DNA from: a virus
Lineage: Duplodnaviria > Caudoviricetes
Strand: one strand, 5' to 3'
IMG/VR virus record: IMGVR_UViG_3300032290_000392
Coordinates: 1 to 34,463 of that record
DNA: 34,463 nucleotides
Shown here piece by piece: positions 17,482 through 27,272 of this stretch. The notes below the pieces were generated by a model. It searched no databases. It was not told the DNA's origin and saw only the letters and a program-made list of their open reading frames with translations. Position 1 is the first letter of the stretch, and the number at the start of each line of letters is the position of its first letter. The position numbers and the translations under genes are program-made.

Positions 17482-20400
17482 ATGCCTTCCCAATTTGTTA
17501 CCCGCCCCGACGGCACGGTCGAGCACGTGCGGACGGGTGGCAAGGCCATAGATCCGGCCAGTGTCCAGAAGGCTGACAGCTCGCCACGCATGGTTCCTGG
17601 CGTCTTTGGGGACCTGCAAGCAGCAGGGCTCTCTGGACTTGTGTCTGCCGGTCAGACGCTGATGAAAACTGGCGACATTGGCAAAGCGATCGGCGCTTAT
17701 TACACAGGTGGCGCGCAAGACATCAGCAAGAACGCATCTCCAACGACGCGACTGATTGTTGCTCCGGCCCGGAACTTGGCTCAAAGCGCACTCGGCAACA
17801 TGCCGGCCGACGTCGTCAGCGAAAAGATGGGCCGGCCTCGGTCTGTTGGCGCCCCGGACGCCAAGTTGCTGGGGGTGATCCCGGCCCTGCCAAAGATCCA
17901 GTACCAGAACCCAACAGAAGAGTTGCTGGGTGGATTTGTCCAAGGGGCCATGGGCTTTTTCCTGGCGTCCAGGGGCCTGAAAGGAGCCGGTGGCGCAGCC
18001 ATGCGTGTGCCTGCCGTCGCAAGTGCGGCCAAGGCGGTGCAGCCGTTGACCCAAGCCGCCAAGGCCGTGGGTTCTTTCGCCAAGGGGGCGCCTGGGGTCG
18101 CTGGCGTTGCAGCAAGGACTGCAATCGGAGCCGGTTCCATCGTTGCTCAGGGTGCTGCACCTGGCTTCATCGTCGACTACGCGGGCTTTGACGCAGGCTC
18201 GACGCTGACGGATCAGGTCTTGAGCTGGGTCGAAAAACAGCGCGGCACACCGATCCATGCCCCGTTGCTCGACTTGGTGCGCTCTGCGCCTGGCGACACT
18301 GCTGCCGATGCCCGGTGGAAATCTGGCGTCGAAGGCATGTTTTTCGTTGGTCCAGCCGCAAGCGCAACCATCGAAGGCCTGGGCCGTGTGGCCAAGTCCA
18401 TCATCAACCTGGCCAATGCCCGCCAAGCCAGCAGGGGCGCTGACCCCAACATCCCGCCTGAACCACCGGCATCTGGGCAGACAGTCGACGTCACCGCTGC
18501 TCCTGTCGGTCCCAACGCCAAGGTTGCCACTGCCCCCAACGCTGGCCCTGGCGTTACCCAGGCTGCGCCCAAGAGCAAAGCTTCTGCACCTGACGTCGCC
18601 AAGGCGTACATGGACATGCGGCCCCGGACGCCGCTGTGGGAGAAGCAAGGCGTTGAGACCCAGGGTCGCCTTGATGACCCCCGGGCCGATGTGCAAGCCG
18701 CAACCAAGGACTTTGTCGAAGCAACGACGCTTGCCGACACTGCAGTGGCCCGAGCATCCAGCACGGTGCCCGATGAAGCTGGCCCGGTGGCAACGGTGGA
18801 TCGTGGCAACGCCATGCCGAGCTATTCCCAGGTGCGGGAGACACCTGTCGCTGAGATTGACACCGATCCCACTCGACTGCAGTTCAAGGCAGCTGGCCAG
18901 GGCAAAGGCAAGCGTGGTGTCAGCGGGTCCCTGAAAGACGCAAAGTCCTATGACCCGTTGTTCGGCAAGATCGTCAGCGTCTGGCGTGACCCAGAGACCG
19001 GCCGACTCCTGGTCGTTAACGGCCATAACCGCCTGGACCTGGCCCGTCGTTCTGGCGTCCAGAACATCTTGACCTGGGAGATCGATGCCCCCAATGCCGA
19101 ACAGGCCCGGGCCATTGGCGCAATGGAGAACATTGCCGAGGGTCAAGGCACGGCTTGGGACGCCGCCAAAATCATGCGGGACATGGGCATCGACGGCGAG
19201 GAGATGGCCCGTCGCAACATCGACGTCACCAAGGGCGTGGCGGAAAAAGGCGTGGCTCTCTCGCGGCTGCCACAAGAGATCTTCGAGCAAGGGGCCACCG
19301 GCAAACTGAGCTTGGAGAAAGCTGTGGCTTTGGGCAGTGTCAAGCTCGACGACGTCGTGGTCCGGGACGTGGCTGCTCAAGCGGCCAAGAAAAACTGGCC
19401 GGCCGACAAGATCCTGCAGGCCATGCAGGAAGCCAAGTTTGCCCAGACAGCTGAGGCCACCGGCGGTGGTGTGCTGCCCGGGTTCGAGGACATGTTCAAA
19501 ACCAGCAACTTCGAGCAGCTGCTGGACATCAGGACCGAGGCGTTCAAGGCCCTGCGGGAAGAAATGGTTGCGCTGACGTCCGTGGCCCTGGAAGGTCGCC
19601 GCGGGATTCTTGAGGCGGCTGGCAATGTCGTCGACGTCGCCGGATCACAAGCCGCACGGGGCCAGGCTGCTATCGCTGTTGAGATCTTTGATCGGGTCAC
19701 CGGGTACACCGGACCGGTGCGGGACCTGTTGAATGAAATGGCGGGCCAGGTGAACGCCAAGCGCTCGGCCAAGGCCATCGTCACCGAGAACCTTGAACGG
19801 CTCCGGGCTGCGATTGAAGCGGAAGGTGGCAAGCCACGGTTGCCGCTTGAGCAACCACCGGCCGCTGCTGTGGCCCCGAGTGTCCCAAGTGCGGGAACTC
19901 CGCCGCCTGCGGCCCCACGCACAGCAGTCCAGCCCATGGGCAACGTGGCTGCTGCTGCCATCGAGCCACCTACTGCTGCCGCCTTTACAGACCCCCTGTC
20001 GGCCGAGAACCTGGCGGACGCCCGCCTGACCCTGGGCCTGCCCGGCACCGCCAATCTTGCGGCCATCACCAGGGCAGCCCGGGAGCAGGGATACGACGCC
20101 ATCCGGTGGACCGGCACTGCTGGCACACCTGGCGGCAAGGGTGGTGAGATCGACCTGCGGCCCAACATGGAGTCGCAGAGCCAACGGCAACTGGGTGAGC
20201 AACCACTGGGTGAGCAACCGATTGCTCGCATGGTTCCCGAGGACGTGGCGAACAAGGTCAAGGCTGAAGTCACCGACGTCGTCAGAAGAGTCGTCGGCAA
20301 TGACATCGCCCTCAAGTTTTACGACAGCATCGTCGTCAAGAAAGGGACCAAGGCCCACGGCTCAGAGGGCAAAAACGTAGAGATCGGTGGCTCCTACAAC

Positions 20401-23400
20401 CCTTATGCCAATTCTGGCTTTGGTGGTCGCGGCGAAGTGTTCATGGACCCGATCGCCGAAGCGATCAGCTTTACCCGGATGCGACTGAAGACCAGGGCAA
20501 CCGATGACCACTTCGGCGACCTGTTGACCTATCGAGCCGACAAGCTGGAGACCGCGTTCCACGAATCCTTCCATGCCGTCCAGCAGCGGTACCTAACCGA
20601 AAAGCAGCTCAAGGTCGTGAACTCTGGCATTGCCAAGGCTCGCCTTTGGTTCGCTGATGCAAATGCAGCCCGCAGAGGGGCCATTATTGCGCGAGCCAAG
20701 GAGCTTGGTGTCGAGCCAAAACTCCAGATGCCATCCGAGACCCAGGCCCAGGGCTTCGAGATCTACGGCCCTGCCATGGATGCTGGCGTCTCGCCGGCTG
20801 CCGCGTTGCTTGGGTTCCCCGTCGAGGACCTGAGGGCCCTGTATTCCGCCAAGGGCCTGACTGGTTCCCGCTGGGCCGACGGCATCCTGAAGGCTGTTGT
20901 CGCCGCCACCGACGTCATCAACAAGTTGATCGACACCGTCGAACGGATCGGCAACGCAGCCCAGCTCAGGGGCTGGACATCCATCGAGGACATCTATCGC
21001 AAGGCGTACACCGGCGAGTTGCAGCGCACCGGCAGGGCAAGTGGCATGCAACCGGCATTTGGCCCGCTCGAGCGGTACGACCCAGGCGCTGATCCGAACC
21101 TCGCTGGCAAGACAGTTGAGGAGCTTGATGCCATGACAACCGAACAACTCCGGCGTGGCATTTTGCTGCTTGAGCAAAGGGGTGAATACGACCTGGCCAA
21201 GGAGTGGCGTGACGCACTGGAAAGCGAGCTGGCCAGCAACACAGAAGTCGGCCGCATTAGCGGCGAACAGGCGTCAGAAGTGCCACCACCCCGGGAGCCC
21301 GTGGAGCCTGGCCCAGGGCCCGAGAACAGCGACGAATGGGTGCGTCGGTTTGCCCAGCAACTTGGGATGACCAGGGAGCAACTGTTGAGCGGGGAGCTCA
21401 GCTACGACGACCTGCTGTCCAACAGCTTCCAAAAGACCCAAAGCCCCTCCGGTCAAACGATCTACACCGCCACCAAAGAGAACCTGGTCGACGGTTACAA
21501 CGCCATGTCCAGGGTGCTGCCTGATCGCGAAGGACTCTCTGGGATTCCGTCGTTTACCCGGGAGGAGTTGCGGTCCCTGAACCAAGACTGGTTGATTCGC
21601 CACGGTCAAGACGGCGAAGCAATCATGCGGGGTCTGGCACCACTGATCGCTGGCTTTGAGGAGTACCAGCTGGGTGCCTTGAACCGTGCCATGTGGCTGG
21701 CCGACAAGAAGCAGGTCGAGGCTTCGATGGAAGCTGCCATGTGGTTGAACTCTGCCAGCGTCGAGGGCTTGAACCAGTCCGAAAGGCTGGCCAGGTTGAT
21801 CACTGCAGCCGAGTCGGCCCGGGCCACCCATGAGGCCGTAATGCGTGTTACCAGGCCCTGGGGCCAGCTGGGCGTCGAGATGCAGGTGCCCCGCAACTAC
21901 ACCGCGCCACCGGCGACAGGGTTGGGCAAGGAGCCTCCCGTGCCACCAGCGGAGACCATCGACATCGAGGAAGCCATCACCAAGGAACTTGAGATTGAGG
22001 AGGCCCGCCCGATCGAAGAGACGATCACCGGCAAGATCGACGAGGACCTGGTCGAAGCCGCCAACGGTGGCGAAATCACGCCTAAGGCCCAGGCCGCAGC
22101 CGATGCTTTGGCCCAAGGCCTGGTCAGCGCTGGCGCTGAACCCGCCATGCGCGACAGGTGGTGGCGTCGTTTTGATGACCCGGCCCTGCAAAACATGGGT
22201 CCCAACGGGTTGTTGATGCTGCGGGTCAACAACCTGATTAGCAGTGGCGTCACTGCAACCACCAACCTCGGCAACGGCTTGCTGAACCTGGCTCGGTTCC
22301 CGCTGCAACAAGCAGGTGGTGCCTTGGCCCAGGGCGAGATGAAGCGCGCCATGTACTCGATGATGATGTTCCAGCAGTACTGGATGAACATCAGTAACGC
22401 CATGCGCGTTGCCGGCCACTCCCTAAAGGCTGGCCGGTCGCTGATGAACATGGACGTCAGCACCCTTGATTGGCTGGACCGTGTCGCTCAGCGTGACGCC
22501 CAAGGCGAGTTGCTGTCCGGGCCAGATGCGCCGACAGGTTGGACCATCAACACCGTCAACATGAGCCAGGACATGGCCCAACGCCCCATCGGCCAGGCCA
22601 TTAACAAGTTGTGGCAAGTCGTCGGCACAGGCGCCAGCCGCTTGGCCATCGGCATCGACACCTTCAACTCCACGCTCGCTGGGTACGCCTATGAGCACGT
22701 GCGCCACCTGCCCCGGGGCATGGAGCTGGCAACAGAGCGTGGCATGAAGGAGTTCAGCTCAGAGGCCTGGAAGTTTGCGCAGCAATACGCAGATGCCAGG
22801 ACCCAGGAGACCATGAAGTCAGCGGTGGTCGATGGCAAGAACCTGGCCGACGTGGCCATGGAAAGCCCTCAGGCCCAGAACTTCATGAATGCCATCAACT
22901 TCACCGACAACGTGTGGAGCGAGCTCGAGACCAGGACCCTGTCGCAAGGCATCAGCATTGGCCAGACCAAGGGGCTGAGCGGCAACGAGTTGCAGGACTT
23001 TGCTCAGCGGTACGTCGAGGAAGGCCAGATGCAGCACCGCATCGCCAACTACGCCCTCAACGGTCCTGTGGCCTTTGGTCGCCTGGGCTCGATTCCAGGT
23101 GAAGCCATGCAATCGCTGTCCAATGCGCGCCTGGTTGGCCCGGTGTTCAAGTTCATCCAGCCGTTCCAACGGGTGCCGTCGAACATCATCAAGTCCGCCA
23201 TGCGCAACACGCCTGCTGCGGTCTTTGTCGACACGTGGTGGCGGGACATCACAAGCGAGGACGCCTTTACCCGGGACCGGGCTGTGGGCGAGGTGGCGAT
23301 TGGGTCCGCAGCACTGTCGCTTGTCGCCATGGCCTCGGGCCTTGGGTACATGAGGTTCAACGGTGGTGGCCCCATTGACCCTGCCGCCAAGGAAAAGTGG

Positions 23401-24510
23401 ACGACGATCGAGAAACGGATGCCGTACTCAGTGCAGTTCTGGGACGAAGCTGCAGGCACCTGGTCGGCGCCCACGTCGATGCGGGCCCTGGAGCCGTTTG
23501 CCACCCTCTTCGGCGCCATCGGCGATTACACCGACATCGCCAACTCCCTGTCGACCGAGAGTCGCAACCGCCTGGGGTCAAGCCTGGTGCTGACCCTGGC
23601 CCGGATGTCGACCAGCGGCGTGCTGAGCAAAAGCTATTTCCAGGGCTTCAACGAGTTGTATGAGGCAGCCTTCAACCCCAGCAAGATCATCACGGGCCCT
23701 GCGCAACGTGATCCTCTGGCCCGGTACCTGTCCAGGATCGTGGCCAGCATGGTGCCGTACAGCTCTGCTCTGCGTGCTGCACGACGTGAGACAGATCCAG
23801 TCAGCCGCACAGTTGACCCAAGCGACATCGGTGGCCTCATGGGCTTCTTCCAGGAGACCCTCGATGAAGTACGCAACGCTGTGCCCGGGTGGTCAAACAA
23901 CCTGCCGGCACGTCGTGACTGGATCAACGGGGCTCCAATCTTGACCCAGGGCATCCTGGGGGCAGAAATCATCCCAGCTGACATGCCGTGGCTCCAGGCC
24001 GCCATGCAGTTCACCCCGTTTGCTGCGTTCCAGCAGGGCCGGGAGGCCCTGGGCCCCGTCCACGAAGAGATGGGCCTGCTGTCTGGCAAAGGCACCAACT
24101 TCTCTGGACCACGCGCCTCTGACTTCGGACCAGAGATGCGCTTGACCCCGAGCGAGCTCGAGGACTACACGCTTCGCTTTGCCACTGTCAAGGACGAGTA
24201 CGGCCTGACGTTCGAGCAATCTGCCACCAAGCTGATCGAATCCAAGCAGTATCAGTCCTGGCCCGTCGAAGGCCCATCAAGCCGTGACGTCAGTCTCCGT
24301 GCTGCTGCAATCCAGACCGAAATCCAACGGTTTAAGAAGTTGGCCAAAGACGACTTCAAATTCAGCACAGCCAAGGGCCAGTTAATTGCCGCTGAAGAAG
24401 CCGCTGCCGAAGCCCGAAAGGCTGAAAAAACCTACATTCAACGGTACGGTATGGACAACAGTCTGCAGCCCGCGCAGCCCAGCGCACCCTGGTCCCCAAC
24501 CCCCCGCTAA
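17482..24510 (+). CDS. Internal virion protein D (gp16-like), 2342 aa, multi-domain (ParB-like, HExxH metallopeptidase-like)
   Basis: Position between gp15 and tail fibre; C-terminal PF.RVP.NI / PYS / EPFA / KSYFQG core typical of large ejection proteins; VVNGHNRL and FHESFH motifs. Confidence 0.82.
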   Translation: MPSQFVTRPDGTVEHVRTGGKAIDPASVQKADSSPRMVPGVFGDLQAAGLSGLVSAGQTLMKTGDIGKAIGAYYTGGAQDISKNASPTTRLIVAPARNLAQSALGNMPADVVSEKMGRPRSVGAPDAKLLGVIPALPKIQYQNPTEELLGGFVQGAMGFFLASRGLKGAGGAAMRVPAVASAAKAVQPLTQAAKAVGSFAKGAPGVAGVAARTAIGAGSIVAQGAAPGFIVDYAGFDAGSTLTDQVLSWVEKQRGTPIHAPLLDLVRSAPGDTAADARWKSGVEGMFFVGPAASATIEGLGRVAKSIINLANARQASRGADPNIPPEPPASGQTVDVTAAPVGPNAKVATAPNAGPGVTQAAPKSKASAPDVAKAYMDMRPRTPLWEKQGVETQGRLDDPRADVQAATKDFVEATTLADTAVARASSTVPDEAGPVATVDRGNAMPSYSQVRETPVAEIDTDPTRLQFKAAGQGKGKRGVSGSLKDAKSYDPLFGKIVSVWRDPETGRLLVVNGHNRLDLARRSGVQNILTWEIDAPNAEQARAIGAMENIAEGQGTAWDAAKIMRDMGIDGEEMARRNIDVTKGVAEKGVALSRLPQEIFEQGATGKLSLEKAVALGSVKLDDVVVRDVAAQAAKKNWPADKILQAMQEAKFAQTAEATGGGVLPGFEDMFKTSNFEQLLDIRTEAFKALREEMVALTSVALEGRRGILEAAGNVVDVAGSQAARGQAAIAVEIFDRVTGYTGPVRDLLNEMAGQVNAKRSAKAIVTENLERLRAAIEAEGGKPRLPLEQPPAAAVAPSVPSAGTPPPAAPRTAVQPMGNVAAAAIEPPTAAAFTDPLSAENLADARLTLGLPGTANLAAITRAAREQGYDAIRWTGTAGTPGGKGGEIDLRPNMESQSQRQLGEQPLGEQPIARMVPEDVANKVKAEVTDVVRRVVGNDIALKFYDSIVVKKGTKAHGSEGKNVEIGGSYNPYANSGFGGRGEVFMDPIAEAISFTRMRLKTRATDDHFGDLLTYRADKLETAFHESFHAVQQRYLTEKQLKVVNSGIAKARLWFADANAARRGAIIARAKELGVEPKLQMPSETQAQGFEIYGPAMDAGVSPAAALLGFPVEDLRALYSAKGLTGSRWADGILKAVVAATDVINKLIDTVERIGNAAQLRGWTSIEDIYRKAYTGELQRTGRASGMQPAFGPLERYDPGADPNLAGKTVEELDAMTTEQLRRGILLLEQRGEYDLAKEWRDALESELASNTEVGRISGEQASEVPPPREPVEPGPGPENSDEWVRRFAQQLGMTREQLLSGELSYDDLLSNSFQKTQSPSGQTIYTATKENLVDGYNAMSRVLPDREGLSGIPSFTREELRSLNQDWLIRHGQDGEAIMRGLAPLIAGFEEYQLGALNRAMWLADKKQVEASMEAAMWLNSASVEGLNQSERLARLITAAESARATHEAVMRVTRPWGQLGVEMQVPRNYTAPPATGLGKEPPVPPAETIDIEEAITKELEIEEARPIEETITGKIDEDLVEAANGGEITPKAQAAADALAQGLVSAGAEPAMRDRWWRRFDDPALQNMGPNGLLMLRVNNLISSGVTATTNLGNGLLNLARFPLQQAGGALAQGEMKRAMYSMMMFQQYWMNISNAMRVAGHSLKAGRSLMNMDVSTLDWLDRVAQRDAQGELLSGPDAPTGWTINTVNMSQDMAQRPIGQAINKLWQVVGTGASRLAIGIDTFNSTLAGYAYEHVRHLPRGMELATERGMKEFSSEAWKFAQQYADARTQETMKSAVVDGKNLADVAMESPQAQNFMNAINFTDNVWSELETRTLSQGISIGQTKGLSGNELQDFAQRYVEEGQMQHRIANYALNGPVAFGRLGSIPGEAMQSLSNARLVGPVFKFIQPFQRVPSNIIKSAMRNTPAAVFVDTWWRDITSEDAFTRDRAVGEVAIGSAALSLVAMASGLGYMRFNGGGPIDPAAKEKWTTIEKRMPYSVQFWDEAAGTWSAPTSMRALEPFATLFGAIGDYTDIANSLSTESRNRLGSSLVLTLARMSTSGVLSKSYFQGFNELYEAAFNPSKIITGPAQRDPLARYLSRIVASMVPYSSALRAARRETDPVSRTVDPSDIGGLMGFFQETLDEVRNAVPGWSNNLPARRDWINGAPILTQGILGAEIIPADMPWLQAAMQFTPFAAFQQGREALGPVHEEMGLLSGKGTNFSGPRASDFGPEMRLTPSELEDYTLRFATVKDEYGLTFEQSATKLIESKQYQSWPVEGPSSRDVSLRAAAIQTEIQRFKKLAKDDFKFSTAKGQLIAAEEAAAEARKAEKTYIQRYGMDNSLQPAQPSAPWSPTPR
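20190..20219 (+). repeat. 15-bp in-frame tandem duplication (LGEQP x2) in gp16
   Basis: ACTGGGTGAGCAACC ACTGGGTGAGCAACC. Confidence 0.9.
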
Positions 24511-24516
24511 CCGCTG

Positions 24517-25653
24517 ATGGCTTACTCCTACACAACCAACACGGGTGACGGGACCACGACCCAGTTCAGCGTGCCCTTTGACTACCTTCGCAAGGCACAC
24601 GTCCAGTGCACCGTCGACCAGGTGCAGAAGGACATCACCTGGGTCAACGACGTCTTGATTGAACTTGCTGTGGCGCCGGACTCTGGTTCCACAGTCATTG
24701 TCAAACGGGTGACGCCACAGGCGTCGCCTTTGGTGGATTTTGCCGATGGATCGACGCTGGTCGCCGCTGACCTTGATGCAGCAAACCTGCAGCTCCTGTA
24801 CATCTCCCAGGAGATCCAGGACTTCAACGACAACCAGACGGTGCTTGGTCCCAACACCATGCTGCGCTGGCAAAAGACAGCAACAGCAGGGCAAACATTG
24901 CTCAGCGGTTCCGACGACACGTCGCAAACCCTGGCGTACACAGCCGGTCTCGAACAAGTCTTCAAGAACGGAATCCTGCTCAGACTCGGGATCGAGTACA
25001 CCGCAACCAACGGCACGTCGATCACCTTGGCCTCTGGGGCCGCAGCCGGCGACAAGATTCAGGTGCTGGCTCAACGCCAATACTCGGTCGCGGAATTTCC
25101 AGGGTCCAACTTGACCGATGGATCCATCATTAACAGCAAGCTGGCAGCAAGCGCTGTCACGCTTTCAAAGATGGCGGCTGATTCCGTTGACAGCTCCAAG
25201 ATTGTCAACGGGTCCATTGTCAACGCCGACGTCAACGTCAGCGCAGCGATTGCCGGGACCAAGGTCAGCCCAAACTTTGGCGATCAAAACATCCAGACCA
25301 ACCAGAACCTGTTGGTGGGTGGAACCGCAACGATCACTGGTTCCATCAGCACCTTGGCCAGCATCTCCGGCGCTGGCATCTCCGGCGCTGCGTTGAGCAT
25401 TACAGGCGATTCGTCGATCGGTGGCAACGAGCTGGTCCAAGGTGAACTGCGCCTCGGTGATGGCGACGAAAGCAATTACGTCGGGTTCAAGGCCGCCACA
25501 GCTGTTGCTTCAAACTTGGTCTGGACATTGCCAGCAACCGACGGAACTGCTACCCAGAGGCTGGCAACGGATGGCGCTGGAAACCTGTCATGGGCCTCTG
25601 AGTCTGCGGCAACTCCTGACCACGCTTACAATCTCGTCACGGGGATCTTCTAA
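24517..25653 (+). CDS. Tail fibre protein (T7 gp17 N-terminal adaptor domain)
   Basis: GDGTTTQFSVPFDYL...KRVTP....VDFADGSTLVAADLD...LYISQE; later NYVGFKA...WTLPATDG...LATDGAGNLSW module. Confidence 0.9.
   Translation: MAYSYTTNTGDGTTTQFSVPFDYLRKAHVQCTVDQVQKDITWVNDVLIELAVAPDSGSTVIVKRVTPQASPLVDFADGSTLVAADLDAANLQLLYISQEIQDFNDNQTVLGPNTMLRWQKTATAGQTLLSGSDDTSQTLAYTAGLEQVFKNGILLRLGIEYTATNGTSITLASGAAAGDKIQVLAQRQYSVAEFPGSNLTDGSIINSKLAASAVTLSKMAADSVDSSKIVNGSIVNADVNVSAAIAGTKVSPNFGDQNIQTNQNLLVGGTATITGSISTLASISGAGISGAALSITGDSSIGGNELVQGELRLGDGDESNYVGFKAATAVASNLVWTLPATDGTATQRLATDGAGNLSWASESAATPDHAYNLVTGIF
25361..25390 (+). repeat. 15-bp in-frame tandem duplication in tail fibre (ISGAG ISGAA)
   Basis: GCATCTCCGGCGCTG x2. 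Confidence 0.9.
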
Positions 25654-25656
25654 CCA

Positions 25657-26055
25657 ATGGCTACCGCACCTGTTTACGCAGCTACTCCCCGCCGGGAGTG
25701 CCAAATCATCGGCACCGCAAACCCAAACCGAGACGGCACCGGCACGACGGCCACCGTGTTCACGGCCGGAGCCAACGGGAGTCGCGTTGAAGCCATTGCA
25801 ATCAAGGCCCTGGTAACCAACACAGCTGGAACCGTACGGCTGTACTTGACCAACGGCGCCAACAAGCGGCTGTGGTACGAGCAAGCCGTTGCTGCGTTGA
25901 CTGTGAGCGCAACCGTACCCTCCAACTCGTACTACCTGAACTCATTGGCAAACAGCGACTTGCTGCCTTTGGTTCTGCCTTCTGGTTGGTTGTTGGAAGT
26001 GTCCACGGAAAAAGCTGAGAACTTCTTGATTCACGCAGACGGAGCTGACTTCTAA
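25657..26055 (+). CDS. Hypothetical tail-fibre-associated protein
   Basis: Beta-rich, TANPNRDGTGT..VFTAGANGSRV; tightly packed after the fibre gene. Confidence 0.65.
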   Translation: MATAPVYAATPRRECQIIGTANPNRDGTGTTATVFTAGANGSRVEAIAIKALVTNTAGTVRLYLTNGANKRLWYEQAVAALTVSATVPSNSYYLNSLANSDLLPLVLPSGWLLEVSTEKAENFLIHADGADF

Positions 26056-26396
26056 TGAACAAAGGACTCCAGGGACTGATTAAGCGCAAACAGGACCTGA
26101 GCGTCGCCCTGCAACTGGGCGTGCCACGGGCCTGGATGCTGGCAAGTACAACTGGAACCATTTACCGGTCGTGGGGAATCAGGTCGATTGTTAGTGGCGG
26201 GGCTGGAGTCTGTACCGTCAACACTGCATGGAAAAGGGGTGGAGTTAATTCAATGACGATGTCAGTGACGCCTGTAACATCTGGCGGCATGGCAACCGTT
26301 GCAACTTCAACCGCGACATCGTTTGCCGTTACTCGCTACAGCACTGCTGGAGCAGCAGCAGACGGCGACTTTTTTCTTGTAATTTACGCACAGTAA
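26055..26396 (+). CDS. Putative fibre tip / receptor-binding subunit
   Basis: RAW....GTIYRSWGIRSI...GAGVCTVN resembles a common fibre C-terminal module; lower GC than neighbours. Confidence 0.5.
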   Translation: MNKGLQGLIKRKQDLSVALQLGVPRAWMLASTTGTIYRSWGIRSIVSGGAGVCTVNTAWKRGGVNSMTMSVTPVTSGGMATVATSTATSFAVTRYSTAGAAADGDFFLVIYAQ

Positions 26397-26398
26397 TC

Positions 26399-26866
26399 AT
26401 GGCACTTGTTATTGCATTTGAGACGCCAGATCAACTGGTATCACTGCTTTATCCGGCTACCGGCGTGTCGCTTGGCGAAGCTGCTGTCGACATCCCAGCC
26501 GATGCGATTGCAACTTGGACCGGTGACGACACCGAGCTGCCAGTTGGATTCAAAGAATTTCAACAAGCACTTGCGATCGGCGTGAAAAACGGGCCAAGCA
26601 TTGACATGGCCAAGGCTCGCGAGATCTTCAAGAACAAGATCCGCGAAGCACGCGCACCTTTGTTCCAGGAGCACGACGTCAAGTTCATGTTGGCCCTGGA
26701 GAAAGGGGAGCCGACTGACATCCCGGCTCTCAGGAAGCAACTGTTGCGTGATTTGCCCAGCGACAAAGCCATCGACAAAGCCAAGACCCTGGTCGAATTG
26801 GTTGCCACTTGGCCTGCTGACGTGCTCGGTTCCGAGTGTCCGTTTGCAGGGCTGAGCAATGGCTAA
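26399..26866 (+). CDS. Putative tail fibre assembly chaperone
   Basis: IDMAKAREIFKNKIREARAPLF..DVKFMLALE...KQLLRDLP...WP; follows the fibre-tip gene. Confidence 0.6.
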   Translation: MALVIAFETPDQLVSLLYPATGVSLGEAAVDIPADAIATWTGDDTELPVGFKEFQQALAIGVKNGPSIDMAKAREIFKNKIREARAPLFQEHDVKFMLALEKGEPTDIPALRKQLLRDLPSDKAIDKAKTLVELVATWPADVLGSECPFAGLSNG

Positions 26867-26990
26867 GCCCAAGGGCGCTACCGCCAAGCCACAGCACGTC
26901 CCAGGCCCCCCAAAGCTCACAAAGCAAGGCCAGGGTCTGCGGTCAAAGCCGAGCCACGGTCGCAAAAAGACTCGTGGACAGGGCCGCTAA
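26859..26990 (+). CDS. Small basic protein (43 aa), not in ORF track
   Basis: Hand translation MAKPKGATAKPQHVPGPPKLTKQGQGLRSKPSHGRKKTRGQGR. Confidence 0.75.
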   Translation: MAKPKGATAKPQHVPGPPKLTKQGQGLRSKPSHGRKKTRGQGR

Positions 26991-27014
26991 GGTGGATCGA
27001 CGACAGCGCCGGCC

Positions 27015-27272
27015 ATGATTGAAATCATTGCAGCCTTGGTCGGCGCTGCTTTTACGGCAGCGGTAATGGGCACCAGTGGCGCGATCAGGGGCAACATGGG
27101 CAACCGTGAAGTCGTGACACGCTTGACCGTGGCCGTTGAAAACGTAGCGACCAGGCTCGAGGAGCTGCACGTCGACATCAAGGCTGACCGCAAAGAAACG
27201 TTTGGGCGCTTGAACTCCGTGGAGCAACGGGTTGCCACACTGGAGGCCCGAATCCACACCCCTCGCGCATGA
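27015..27272 (+). CDS. Membrane-anchored coiled-coil protein, holin/lysis candidate
   Basis: N-terminal hydrophobic helix MIEIIAALVGAAFTAAVMG followed by a heptad-like region. Confidence 0.6.
   Translation: MIEIIAALVGAAFTAAVMGTSGAIRGNMGNREVVTRLTVAVENVATRLEELHVDIKADRKETFGRLNSVEQRVATLEARIHTPRA

Noticed and set aside
17455-19380. 641-aa minus-strand ORF (also 9225-10364, 19377-20315, 21274-22419 minus and 29244-30086 plus)
   Set aside because: Antisense shadows of well-supported genes; expected from GC-rich codon bias and lacking recognisable motifs.
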